Of a stretch of 64,000 bases of DNA, positions 37,776 through 47,231 are shown piece by piece. The DNA comes from an uncultured Armatimonadetes bacterium. GTDB lineage: Bacteria > Armatimonadota > Hebobacteria > Hebobacterales > Hebobacteraceae. The position numbers and the translations under genes were made by a program. Within the stretch, counting starts at the first letter, position 1, and each line of letters starts with the position of its first letter. Location: assembly GCA_963716175.1 (NCBI GenBank), contig OY970296.1:4320001-4384000 (forward strand), written 5' to 3'. Below the pieces are notes generated by a model, which was not told the origin of the DNA, made no database searches, and saw only the letters and a list, made by a program, of their open reading frames with translations.

Positions 37776-39188
37776 CTACAGCAGCTCCCGTCGGGCGCGT
37801 TCCAGGACGGCGCGCATCGCCTTCAGCTTGTGCTCGCGGCCCTCCGGCTGCTGGTAGTCGCTCACCATCGCGATTGCCTTGTCCCGGATCCGCTGCAGCA
37901 TCCGCGCCTCCTGTTCGGGCCCGTCCCAGGCGATGCGCTCCAGCAGCTCGGGCAGCCACAGGCTGTGACGGAAGTGCCGCGCGGTGTGGTCGCTCGGCAG
38001 ATGGCTTGAACGACCGCTGACCCCGACCTCCGCGATCTCCGGCAGGGCCACACGCTCCTGATCAGGAGCCAGCGTTCGGCTGAACTGGTCCAGACCCGTC
38101 GCCATCTCCCGGTCGAGGAGGAGCTGAACATCCGAGAGGACCTTCCCACAGTCCAACATTCCTTCTCCCACCTCCGAGTGCCGGCCCGTGAAGGCAGCAA
38201 CTGTCATCGCCTTGTAGGCCTTCTCCAGGGCCGCGTAGACGCCCGGCTGTTTCGCGGCGCAATACTCGCCCTTGCCCACCTCGACGCGAAGGCCGCACCA
38301 CCGCTCTACGAACTGCACGAAGGCCACCGAGTAGAAAACCGCGTCGAAGGCCGAGAAGCTGACATGCCCTGTCTTCATATCAGGCGTGCCGCACCACATA
38401 GAGCCGCCAAGCGAGACCTCCGGGTTCAAGGCCCGGCCCACGATCCAGGCGCCCAGCATCTCCGCGCTCGAGACCACGATGAAGCCTTCCAGGGTTACGG
38501 GCGTGGATAGCCCGGCAACGGGCATTGCGGTGAGACCTGCCCGGTGTCCAGCACGCATCATCTCCACATAGCGATCGGCGACAGCCCGGTCGAATCGCAG
38601 CGGGTGCGCAATGCAGACGGCGCCATAGGCATACCAGCGCGGGAGGCCCATGATCTCACCCATCTCGGCAAGGTAGCTGCTCTGCTCGACGTTCCACGCG
38701 AATGCGGGATGGGGCTGGCGGGCATATTCCGCCAGCACCAAGGCCGCTTCCAGCGGCTCCAGTATCGGTGGCACATCTCGCAAGAGCAGGCAATGCCCCA
38801 CGCCGGCCTCGCGGTGCAGCACATCCCCGAGCTTGACCAGCTCGACCAAGTCTTGTCTGGTGCCCGGCCGCCTTTCCCGCTTGTCGTAGTCATAGATGAA
38901 CTGGGCAACCTGTGTGGTCAGCGCGGGCAGACTCGGAGTCTCGAAGAGCTGGTCCGTACTGCCCGTGCGGCGGGCCGCTTCCCTCCTGATGCTGCCCACG
39001 AAGTCGGCACACATCCTCCGCGGGAACTTGGCGATCTGGGAGGTAGGGTCAATGCGCGCGCCGGCCTGCTCCAAGGCGCCAAGTATGCGATCGTTCTGAA
39101 ACACCATCCCCACGTCTTCCAACACCGCGAGAATCGCTTCTTCGAGCACCCCTATGCCGGCTTCATCGGGCAACCTGATCCGCAACAT
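37776..39188 (-). CDS. Trimethylamine methyltransferase (MttB) superfamily protein, non-pyrrolysine
   Basis: LEDVGM..GARID..AKFPR; HPLRFD; MPVAGLSTPVTLEG; PDMKTG; QLLLDREM; no internal amber codon. Confidence 0.8.
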   Translation of the reverse strand: MLRIRLPDEAGIGVLEEAILAVLEDVGMVFQNDRILGALEQAGARIDPTSQIAKFPRRMCADFVGSIRREAARRTGSTDQLFETPSLPALTTQVAQFIYDYDKRERRPGTRQDLVELVKLGDVLHREAGVGHCLLLRDVPPILEPLEAALVLAEYARQPHPAFAWNVEQSSYLAEMGEIMGLPRWYAYGAVCIAHPLRFDRAVADRYVEMMRAGHRAGLTAMPVAGLSTPVTLEGFIVVSSAEMLGAWIVGRALNPEVSLGGSMWCGTPDMKTGHVSFSAFDAVFYSVAFVQFVERWCGLRVEVGKGEYCAAKQPGVYAALEKAYKAMTVAAFTGRHSEVGEGMLDCGKVLSDVQLLLDREMATGLDQFSRTLAPDQERVALPEIAEVGVSGRSSHLPSDHTARHFRHSLWLPELLERIAWDGPEQEARMLQRIRDKAIAMVSDYQQPEGREHKLKAMRAVLERARRELL

Positions 39189-39212
39189 GGCATCCAGTCC
39201 TTTCCCGCCGCG

Positions 39213-40010
39213 CTAGGCCGGTACGCTCTGGTCGCCGACCTGCGAGATCCAGCCCCGGAGCCACTCGACTGTCTCCAACTCCAGGTCGCAGATGCAGCTG
39301 GCGAGGAAGATGACGCCCTCTATCCGTCCCTGCCGCAGCAGCCCGAGGCTGAACTCACACTGCTGCTTCATCAGGTCGAGGGGCATGGGTCGTGAAGCGC
39401 CGTAGTCCCAGAGGTAGCAGCCGACCAGCCGGCCCTGGCGCGGGGTGAGCTGCTCGAACCGCTCATAGTTGCGCTCAAGATGCGGGAGGTTCTCTGCCCG
39501 CCAGGTCCAGAACGTCACCTGGTCGCAGAGGTCGAGATAGCCGGCTACCGGATTGGCAAGCATGTAGTCGTAGAGCACGACCCACAGGTCGAGCGCGCGA
39601 TCGGGCAACTGCAACTGCGCGCGGATGGCACGCAACTCGTCCGGGGACAGCACCGCGGCCGAGCCCGCCGTCGTCGGCTTCTCCCGGAAGAAGTCGTCCA
39701 TGATCACTCCCGTCATATTGGGAAGACGGTGCGCGAGCCGGAAGACCTCTTCCCGACCTCCGGCGTTCGTCTCGCCGGACGCGCCGACAATGGACCAGAC
39801 CACCTTGTCCAGCGACCGCATCGGGAGCGCGAACCGGTCAAGCGGCGGGAACGGGCCGTGCTCACCATAGTTGACCATGACCAGGTTTGGCACTCCCAGG
39901 TAACAGGCCGCCTCCACCGGCGTGATGCGGGATTCGCCGGGGACCCCATAGATGCCGTTGTGGCTTCCCGCCGGGTGACCCCAGAGCCAGAGCGCGTCTC
40001 TCACACCCAC
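39213..40010 (-). CDS. Hypothetical protein (possible TIM-barrel hydrolase)
   Basis: GGAGGT RBS; LWLWGH, GVIMDDFF, TFWTW and GCYLWDY motifs. Confidence 0.6.
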   Translation of the reverse strand: MGVRDALWLWGHPAGSHNGIYGVPGESRITPVEAACYLGVPNLVMVNYGEHGPFPPLDRFALPMRSLDKVVWSIVGASGETNAGGREEVFRLAHRLPNMTGVIMDDFFREKPTTAGSAAVLSPDELRAIRAQLQLPDRALDLWVVLYDYMLANPVAGYLDLCDQVTFWTWRAENLPHLERNYERFEQLTPRQGRLVGCYLWDYGASRPMPLDLMKQQCEFSLGLLRQGRIEGVIFLASCICDLELETVEWLRGWISQVGDQSVPA

Positions 40011-40120
40011 AGTGCACCTCCTCACAGTGTTCTTGTACTCAGCAACGAGGCCTTCCTCGTGCTAGGCCCAGATGCTGCCAAAGCTCATTGCCGCGTCTGT
40101 GACTCCCACTCTCCTGCCCG

Positions 40121-42149
40121 TCAATCGGTCCCCAGGGAGACGGCCGTGCCGATGGTGCCATGCGTGGCGAACGCCACCAGCACCCAGACCCCGGAATTCA
40201 GGAGTTGCCCCACCAGCAGCCCGATGGCAAGAGGGATGAGTTGGCGGTACAACTGCAGGCCGCCGTAGCGGATCACGAGCGACTTCCAGACCCACCCCAC
40301 CAGGAACGGCATGTAGTAGAACTGCATGCCCCAGGTGTTCGCGGCCACGTACCCCAGAGGATGCAAGGGCCACCACCAGAAGCGGATCCGCAGCAGGCCC
40401 AGTGCGATGGCGACGACCGCGCCCACGATGATTCCGATGCTGGCGCCGAGGTTGTACCTGGACGGACTCGTCAGATGGTAGAAGATGCGGCTTCCCTCTT
40501 CCCGGGTCTGCGAAGCAAGCCAGTAATCGGAGTTGGTGACTCCCAGCCCGAAGTAGCCGTGTCCGTACACCCCAGTCATGACAATGATGACTCCCACCGC
40601 CACCGACAGGACGAACCCGGCGAGCATGGCCTTCGTCAGGCGCCGGGCATTGATCCCCGCGGCGTCTGCGATCTTGAACGCTTCCAGCGCGTTGCCGGGG
40701 CAGACTTCGAAGGTGGTGCCAGCGCCGAAGGCAGTAGCCCAGCGTGTGGATATCATGGTCACTAGGTCACCCGGCCGCAGCAGGCTGCTGCCCAGCACCT
40801 GCACGAAGCCCTCTTCGATTTCGAGCGGGAAGTCCAGGAAGCCCAGTCCGGCTTCCGCCCTCAGGCGCGCCCACATCACATAGTAGCCGACGATCAGGAA
40901 GACGAGCGCGAGGGCGAACAGCGGCCGCGCCCCGGCGAGAATGCAGAAAACCACCAACCACACCAGGGAGACGAGAAGTACCGCCAGCGCCAGGCGATAT
41001 GGCATGGGCTCCTGGCGGTCGAGACCGGAGCTGGTGCGGGCCACGATCACTCGCGCGGCATGAGCAAGGTGGCGGCGGGCCGACCACAGCCCCCACACGC
41101 CGAGGGCCAGCACCGCGCCCTCCGCCCTGGAAGTAGGGCGCGGGGAAGGTGCTGCCATACATCTCTTCCGGGCGCTCGGGAGTGGCACCCGCGGCGATGG
41201 CCGCCACCGAGAGGGCGACTCGCACCAGCCAGAAGAGCCAGATGGACAGCGACAGGTCCTTGGGAACAAGGTAGGCGAGGCCGATCATCCACGGCCACAG
41301 CACGATGTTGACATCGCCCAGGCCGGCCAGCGGCCCCACGTTCTGTCGGGGTACAACCGTCAACGGCCCTATCGGTATCGCCGGAAACGCGGGCAGCATG
41401 GCGCGCAGCGTGTTGGTGAACGCAGCCACCAGCGAGATGCCGATCCCCAGCCAGAACATGGGCGAGGAGGGCAACCGCGCCCGGTGCTGGTTCGCCTGTG
41501 ACTCCGGCTCGCGCACCATCTCCAGCGGAACCTGGGCCAGCGGGAAGGCCAGGCGTTCGTTGGTGACCCACTGGCGCTGGAGCAAGGCGATGAGGGAAAG
41601 CGACGCGAAGAAGAGCGCCAAGAGGAATGAGAGCCAGGCGCCAAGGGGCAACCACCATGCCGACCACGGAACTGAGCCCTGTCCCTCAAAGAACCGGCGC
41701 ACCGCGTCGGCGTTGGTCGGCGCGAACCACGGGGGCAGGTACTGGAAGAACGTGCTCTCCCACAGTGGGTTGACCTGGCCCATGTAGTAGTAGGAGACCT
41801 GGTGGGGGATCATCCACAGCAGAATGCCCGTGCTCACAATGGGCCCGCCGACCAGCACAATCGAGTAGATGCTGAGCAGCTCGCGGCGCGACAGGTCCAA
41901 TCTGCGAAGCACCGGCAAAGCCATGGCACCCGCGAGCAGGAACAGAAGCACGATCGCGGCCGTGGATGGGACCCCGGCCGCGAAGTGGTCTATCCGGTGC
42001 CATTTGAGCTCGACGTAGAAGCCGGCGAGGGCGACGGCCAGCAGCAGGACCATAGAGACCGCCAGGACGCGCGCGCTAACCCCCTCTTCGCCAAGGCTTC
42101 GGGGGGCAAGCCCGCCAGCCTTGTCCGCAGGCTTCTTGCTCAGCCGCAT
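40121..42149 (-). pseudogene. DUF6785/DUF6784-type membrane protein (copy 3) with a +1 frameshift at 41118-41120
   Basis: FPAPYFQGG continues as GAVLALGVWGLWSAR in another frame; copy 2 reads FPAPYNQAGGAALALGIWALWSAR; one extra G in a G run. Confidence 0.75.
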
Positions 42150-42220
42150 GTCTCCAACACCAAACTCGTTGCCGGACTCGACCGCGCTCATGGGGGAGGC
42201 TGCGTCCCATAGGACACACG

Positions 42221-42264
42221 TTGGGCAGGAGCTTGCCCGCACTCGCGGGCTTGCTCCTGCCCAA
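42221..42264. repeat. REP-like palindrome family GGCAGGAGC...GCTCCTGCCC (other copies at 47170-47218, 52328-52389, 55773-55801, 58296-58340)
   Basis: ttgggcaggagc...gctcctgcccaa; five intergenic copies with GTAG/GTTG/GTGG-like ends. Confidence 0.75.
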
Positions 42265-42310
42265 TGTTCGCCTAGGCTGCGTATCTATCCCGCCGGATGC
42301 CCGCTTCCTA

Positions 42311-43291
42311 TCACCCCTGGCCCAGCGAGGTGCATTGGATGCCCCGGAGCTTGCCGTAGCTCTGGTCCCAGCTCCTGGGGCTCTGGGCGATGATGGCGTT
42401 GGCGTCGAACCAGGCGGCATGGCCATCGGCGAATCCAAGGTTAGAGCCGCCCATGTGCCGCGTGAAGCGCTTGCCACTGGTGGGGTCTGTGTATAGCATC
42501 AGCGGGTAGCCTGGCGAACAGGACTGGGTGTCAGAGCAGTTGACCCAATCACCGGAGCAGCCGCAGTCCACCCGGCAGGCGTCGGCGAAGGCGTAGTTGC
42601 CAGGGAGATACTCCTCGCCCACACCGCAGTCGCCGCAGACCACATACCAGGATGGATCGTCGATCTGCGATGTCTTCAACTCCTTGCTGGAGTAACCAGA
42701 GACGCCGATGCTCTGCTCGAAGGCGCCGCTCTCCTGGCTGCCGCAGGCCTGCTGCGTGACGGAGTCGGTGACACTCCCTCCCCAGCCCGGCGGGAAGGCG
42801 GAGGTGCCCACGCAGGGGCCGCCGCCATCGCAGTTGCTGTTCCCCCAGCTCCCCTGGGTCTGCATCAGGAAACCCAGCCAGTCAGACCCAGGGACAATCC
42901 ATCCCGCGCTCTGTATGTGCTTCGCGCTGGGGCACCGCCAGACATCGCGGTTCTTCACGTACTCGTCCAGCACCACCGGCCACCGCAGATAGGGATTGGC
43001 CTGCCACACCTTGGGGCAGCCCTCATAGGGCTCGTCCCCACCACCGGGCGCGGTGTCGAAGAAGGCGATCGCGTCCGCCCGGTGTTCCGTCGGCGGGAAC
43101 CTGTCGTAGTCCGTCAGGTACATCTGAAAGGCGATGGCGATGTTCTTCACGTTCGACAGACACTGGATCTTCCGGGCCGACTCCCTTGCCCGCGCGAACA
43201 CGGGGAACAGCATCGCCGCCAGGATCGCGATAATCGCGATCACCACCAACAGCTCGATCAGCGTGAACCCTCTGCGCCGCCCTGCCGTCAT
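42311..43291 (-). CDS. Prepilin-type/DUF1559-like/H-X9-DG protein (copy 4)
   Basis: AAGGAGGT RBS; RRRG^[13 protein letters not shown]; [12 protein letters not shown]; RHMGGSNLGFADGH. Confidence 0.9.
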   Translation of the reverse strand: MTAGRRRGFTLIELLVVIAIIAILAAMLFPVFARARESARKIQCLSNVKNIAIAFQMYLTDYDRFPPTEHRADAIAFFDTAPGGGDEPYEGCPKVWQANPYLRWPVVLDEYVKNRDVWRCPSAKHIQSAGWIVPGSDWLGFLMQTQGSWGNSNCDGGGPCVGTSAFPPGWGGSVTDSVTQQACGSQESGAFEQSIGVSGYSSKELKTSQIDDPSWYVVCGDCGVGEEYLPGNYAFADACRVDCGCSGDWVNCSDTQSCSPGYPLMLYTDPTSGKRFTRHMGGSNLGFADGHAAWFDANAIIAQSPRSWDQSYGKLRGIQCTSLGQG

Positions 43292-43439
43292 CCTACACCT
43301 CCTTGCGAAACTCGATTGCGACCGACTCATGGAGCCGACGCGCACTGACCGCGCGTGCAAGACCCCGCTCCTCGCGGTTCCTCACTCACTGCCCGCAGCG
43401 ACGAACTCTCTGGTTCCCGGCCCCGGATGCCGCCGGTTC

Positions 43440-43493
43440 ATGGTAGCACTGACGGGCCGTTCGGTCATTGTACAGGTGTGTGCGTTTCCTGTA
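43440..43493 (-). promoter_or_regulatory. Putative promoter of prepilin gene 4, sharing a motif with 14316-14368
   Basis: Plus strand atggtagcac ... TTGTACA-N11-TTCCTGTA; extended -10 TGcTACCAT on the minus strand. Confidence 0.55.
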
Positions 43494-43590
43494 TCGGCGT
43501 CTGTTTGGGAGCGCCCGTCACTTGCGTCCGAGAGGCCGTGAACGGGGTAGAGGGCGCACCGGCGGCACGGCTGAGGCTGCGCCGAAGCCC

Positions 43591-43619
43591 TGGACGGAAG
43601 GGATGACAGCCTGTAGAAT
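43591..43619 (+). promoter_or_regulatory. Putative sigma70 promoter of the AraC gene
   Basis: TGGACG-N17-TAGAAT; same -35 hexamer as 16522. Confidence 0.45.
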
Positions 43620-43644
43620 CGTGCTTGTGTCCAGATCGCTCCGA

Positions 43645-44610
43645 ATGTCGGGAACCGATGCCGCTTGGGTGGTCCTGGCGCGGCCAGACGACCATCACCT
43701 GTCTGCGGACACACCGATGTGGGTGGATGCGAAGTTCCTCGACCAACCCACGCCCCTCGATATGCACTTCCACAAGGGGATGGAGGTGGGCATTGTGGTG
43801 TCCGGGGAGCGCGAGATCCGCTTCGCCGACCTAGCCTTGCACCTTCATCCCGGCGACGTGTGGCTGTGCGCCATGTGGGAGCCACATGCCTTCCGGGTTC
43901 TCACCCCCGGGAGAGGCGTGAAGGTCATCTTCCTGCCAGAGATGCTGGAGGAGAAGGCGATGCCCGATATCGCCTGGCTGAGCATGTTCGCGGCCCCGCC
44001 TCGTGACCGGCCTTCGTCGTTCACGCCGGCCCTGCGCGATGCGGCGCTGGCCATCGGGCAAGAGTTGACCCGGGAGATCGAAGAACTCCGTGACGGCTGG
44101 CAGACCATGGTCCGCCAAGGGCTGATACGCTTGCTGGTGGTCTTGAGCCGTAGTTGGAGGAGCCCGGTCCAACCCAGCCGATCATCCGGGGTGGATGCCA
44201 ATGACCTGGCTCGCATCATGCCGGCCCTGGCGCTGGCGAACTCCGACTTGAGGCGGCGCGTCGAAGCGCAGGAGGCGGCCGCCTCCTGCGGCCTCAGCCG
44301 CTCGTGGTTCCATCGCATTTTCCGTCACACCATGGGGCTGAGCTTCGGAGCATTCCGGCTCCGCGCCCGACTTGGCTTCGTGGCGCGTCAGCTCCTCACC
44401 ACAAGCCGGTCAATCGAGGCCGTTGCAGAGGAGAGCGGGTTCGTTGACGGCAGCCATTTGCACCGCGTCTTCGTGCGAAGCTACGGATGCACGCCGGCCC
44501 AGTACCGTCGCATGCACGTGCGCGGGCGGGAGGCCTACGCCTCGCAACTGGCACCAGACCTGGCGGACGTGCCGTCGCTGGGGAGCGGGGGCCGCGGGCC
44601 CAACTACTGA
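43645..44610 (+). CDS. AraC/XylS family transcriptional regulator, divergent from prepilin gene 4
   Basis: MHFHKGMEVGIVVSG..WEPH cupin; AAASCGLSRSWFHRIF..VAEESGFVDGSHLHRVF..TPAQYR. Confidence 0.88.
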   Translation: MSGTDAAWVVLARPDDHHLSADTPMWVDAKFLDQPTPLDMHFHKGMEVGIVVSGEREIRFADLALHLHPGDVWLCAMWEPHAFRVLTPGRGVKVIFLPEMLEEKAMPDIAWLSMFAAPPRDRPSSFTPALRDAALAIGQELTREIEELRDGWQTMVRQGLIRLLVVLSRSWRSPVQPSRSSGVDANDLARIMPALALANSDLRRRVEAQEAAASCGLSRSWFHRIFRHTMGLSFGAFRLRARLGFVARQLLTTSRSIEAVAEESGFVDGSHLHRVFVRSYGCTPAQYRRMHVRGREAYASQLAPDLADVPSLGSGGRGPNY

Positions 44611-44812
44611 CGTTCGCGCAATGAAGTAACATTGCGCGAACGTCTTTCCCCAGGCATTTCCTGGCTTTTTCATGAATGTCGCCCATTACTTCTTTGGGCG
44701 ACATTCATTAGTGGGTTTCGCCAGACAAAGTAATGGCGAAACCCAGCCAGGAGACGCTCGAACGGGCACACGGGCCGGGCGAGCCGTTACTTCGTTGTGC
44801 GAGCGTCTATAG
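44604..44812. repeat. Two tandem double-hairpin GAAGTAA-loop elements (copies 2 and 3)
   Basis: Hairpins at 44609-44644, 44672-44708 and 44712-44745, plus a disrupted one at 44752-44808. Confidence 0.85.
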
Positions 44813-44814
44813 GA

Positions 44815-47127
44815 TCAGCGCGAGGCCGGCTGGTGCCGCGCCAGGCCCGGGAGGACAGCGAATCCGGGCAGACTCAGGTATCCCTGCGATTCCCCGCAGA
44901 CATCAATCCGGTAGATAGGGTCATATAGCAGGCAGAGTCGCCGGTCGGTCGCGGGGATAGTCGTAGTGTAGATGCGCAGCTCACCTGGCAGGGAAGTGAT
45001 GATCTCCTCGCGCCAGTCGCCCAGGATGTCCGCCACGGCCAGCACCTTGCCTTCAATGACGGGCTCAAGCTCCGTCCCGCGGAGGTAGTTCATGAGCCGC
45101 CTGGTGCTGTCATCACGCCGGCTGATCTCGCGCTGGCCGTCGGCGTCCCAGTAGGCGGCGAGCGGTTCCCACTCCTCGTTCGAGAGTAGTCTGCCCTGAG
45201 CACTCAAGAGCCAGTACCTCTTCAGCTCAGGGTCATAGCCGAAGAACTCAACGCCGGCATGTCTGGAGTCCACATCTGCTGACAAACCGGAGTCGAGGTG
45301 CTCAGTCTTCTCCTCTAGACCCCATAGGATCTTCCCGGTCCTCGCGTCGAGCTGACACATGCCATTCCGCTTCTTCGGTTCCTCGCAGCCCAACTGGATC
45401 TCCAGCCCAGGCCGATTCGGGTCGAGGTTGCCCACACTGACATGGTCGGGGTGCGCCAGACCGGATGACCATAGGCCGGTGCCGTTATCGTCAATCACGG
45501 CCGCGCCGATGATCACCTCGTCGCGGCCATCGCCGTCCACATCGGCGGCGTGGAGACAGTGGGCGCCCTGCCCACTATAGGTGAGGCCCTCTTCCTCGCG
45601 TTCGTTCCAGCGCCACAGCTCGCGCAGGCCACGGCCGTCGAACTCGTACGCGAGCAGGTACATGGTGTCATAGCTGCCGCGCTGCACGATCAGGCAGGGG
45701 GTCTTGCCGTCCAGGTAGGCGATGCCGAGTTGATTGCGGCCAACGCGGTCGAACGAGTAGAATCCCTCCCGTGGAGGCCACGCGGCCCGCGCCCTCTCCT
45801 TCCCCGTCCTGCCGTCCAGCACGACCAGGTACTCCGGGCCACTCTCCGCCCGGCCCTCCGCGTCACGAGGATCGCCCTCGCCGATCCTCAGCGCCACCTC
45901 GGCGGCTCCGTCGCCATCCAGATCGTAGACGACGAAGGGCGAATACCATACTCCCATCTCGATCGCCCAGCCCATGTCATAGCGCCATAACAGCGTGCCG
46001 TCTTGGCGGTACGCTTCCAGCTTGTAGGTGTCCGGACTGGGCCGCCAGCCGCCGTCAATCCAGGGGTCGAGGCTGAGGCCCGGCTGTTTGATCACATACT
46101 CGTACCGGCCATCGCCGTCCAGGTCACCCACCCCGACCTTCGACGCGGCATAGTCGCCCGCGAACCTGATGGAGATGTATGGCTGGCCTTCAGGCGACGG
46201 AGTCGCGCTGCTGACCTCAGAGGAAGAGCCTTCCGCACCGTCCACTAGCGAGCGGACGAAATACGCCGATTCGCCTTCAGATGGATTGGGATCAACGAAG
46301 TCGGTGGTGGCGTGCACCGGTTGGCCGTTGAGCCGCACCGCTGGCGAGCTGCCTGTGCGGCGGTAGACATTGAACGCCACCTCGTCTGGATCAGTTGGCA
46401 GCAGCCGCCACCCCACATATACGCGCTTCCCCGGCATTGGCAGCGCCACCACGCCGCGGTCCAGTCTCTCTCGAACGCGGTGTCGCGCGAACCCCTCAAC
46501 CGGAGGCTTGCTCACCTTCGCCTGGCGGAGGATCCCAGGCTGCACCTCCACATCATCCAGGAACAGATCGGTGTTGTAGCTGCCCTGGAAACGGACCTGA
46601 ATGCCGGAGCATCCGCTGGGCACAGCGATCACTACCCGGAACTGCTGCCAGTCGCTCTTGGCGATCAGCATATCCTTGCCCAGGCTGCCCGTCTCCACTC
46701 CGTCACCGTCGAGCGCCATCACGCTTATCCAGACGATCCCGCACATGAACCCGGTGCGGCCTTTCATCCACGCGGTGACGGTATAGGGCTGACCTGTCGC
46801 CACGGAGATGGGCTCTGAGGTGAGCGTCCACTTGCTCTCGCCCGAGTCCGTCTCCGGTATCTGCCAGTGAACGTGCAGCGAGTGGCCGCCGTTGCGCGCC
46901 TGGTGCGAGATCGCGGCCTGAGGCTCCCCTTTGGCGATGCGGGTTTCGTCATAGGGCGGCCTCGGATGCGTAGACTTGAGCGTCCATCCGGGAAGTCCGC
47001 CCTCGCCGTCTTCGAACCCTCCATTGACGACCCTGGGAGGCGCAGGGGCCATGCCGCCGCTGGCGGCCAATGCGAGACCCATGGTACCCAGTTGGAGGAC
47101 TGCCAGCAGAATCAGATGCTCGGACAT
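44815..47127 (-). CDS. Secreted rhamnogalacturonan lyase family 11 (YesW/YesX-like) with an N-terminal CBM-like domain
   Basis: VNGGFEDG CBM-like start; ERLDRGVVA..VGWRLL..AFNVYR; VGDLDGDGRYEY; GQGAHCL..DVDGDGRDEVI; DILGDWREE. Confidence 0.85.
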   Translation of the reverse strand: MSEHLILLAVLQLGTMGLALAASGGMAPAPPRVVNGGFEDGEGGLPGWTLKSTHPRPPYDETRIAKGEPQAAISHQARNGGHSLHVHWQIPETDSGESKWTLTSEPISVATGQPYTVTAWMKGRTGFMCGIVWISVMALDGDGVETGSLGKDMLIAKSDWQQFRVVIAVPSGCSGIQVRFQGSYNTDLFLDDVEVQPGILRQAKVSKPPVEGFARHRVRERLDRGVVALPMPGKRVYVGWRLLPTDPDEVAFNVYRRTGSSPAVRLNGQPVHATTDFVDPNPSEGESAYFVRSLVDGAEGSSSEVSSATPSPEGQPYISIRFAGDYAASKVGVGDLDGDGRYEYVIKQPGLSLDPWIDGGWRPSPDTYKLEAYRQDGTLLWRYDMGWAIEMGVWYSPFVVYDLDGDGAAEVALRIGEGDPRDAEGRAESGPEYLVVLDGRTGKERARAAWPPREGFYSFDRVGRNQLGIAYLDGKTPCLIVQRGSYDTMYLLAYEFDGRGLRELWRWNEREEEGLTYSGQGAHCLHAADVDGDGRDEVIIGAAVIDDNGTGLWSSGLAHPDHVSVGNLDPNRPGLEIQLGCEEPKKRNGMCQLDARTGKILWGLEEKTEHLDSGLSADVDSRHAGVEFFGYDPELKRYWLLSAQGRLLSNEEWEPLAAYWDADGQREISRRDDSTRRLMNYLRGTELEPVIEGKVLAVADILGDWREEIITSLPGELRIYTTTIPATDRRLCLLYDPIYRIDVCGESQGYLSLPGFAVLPGLARHQPASR

Positions 47128-47231
47128 AGACGCTCCTTGCCAGAGAGAACGCAGAACGCGATGACCGCGGTGGCAGGAGCTGCCGCTCTTGCCCAATAGC
47201 CGCGGCTCCTGCCCGACATCCGATAGGCTGC

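Noticed and set aside
37776-39188. Pyrrolysine readthrough in the MttB homologue
   Set aside because: The ORF is full length with no internal TAG; the terminal TAG is at the expected C-terminus
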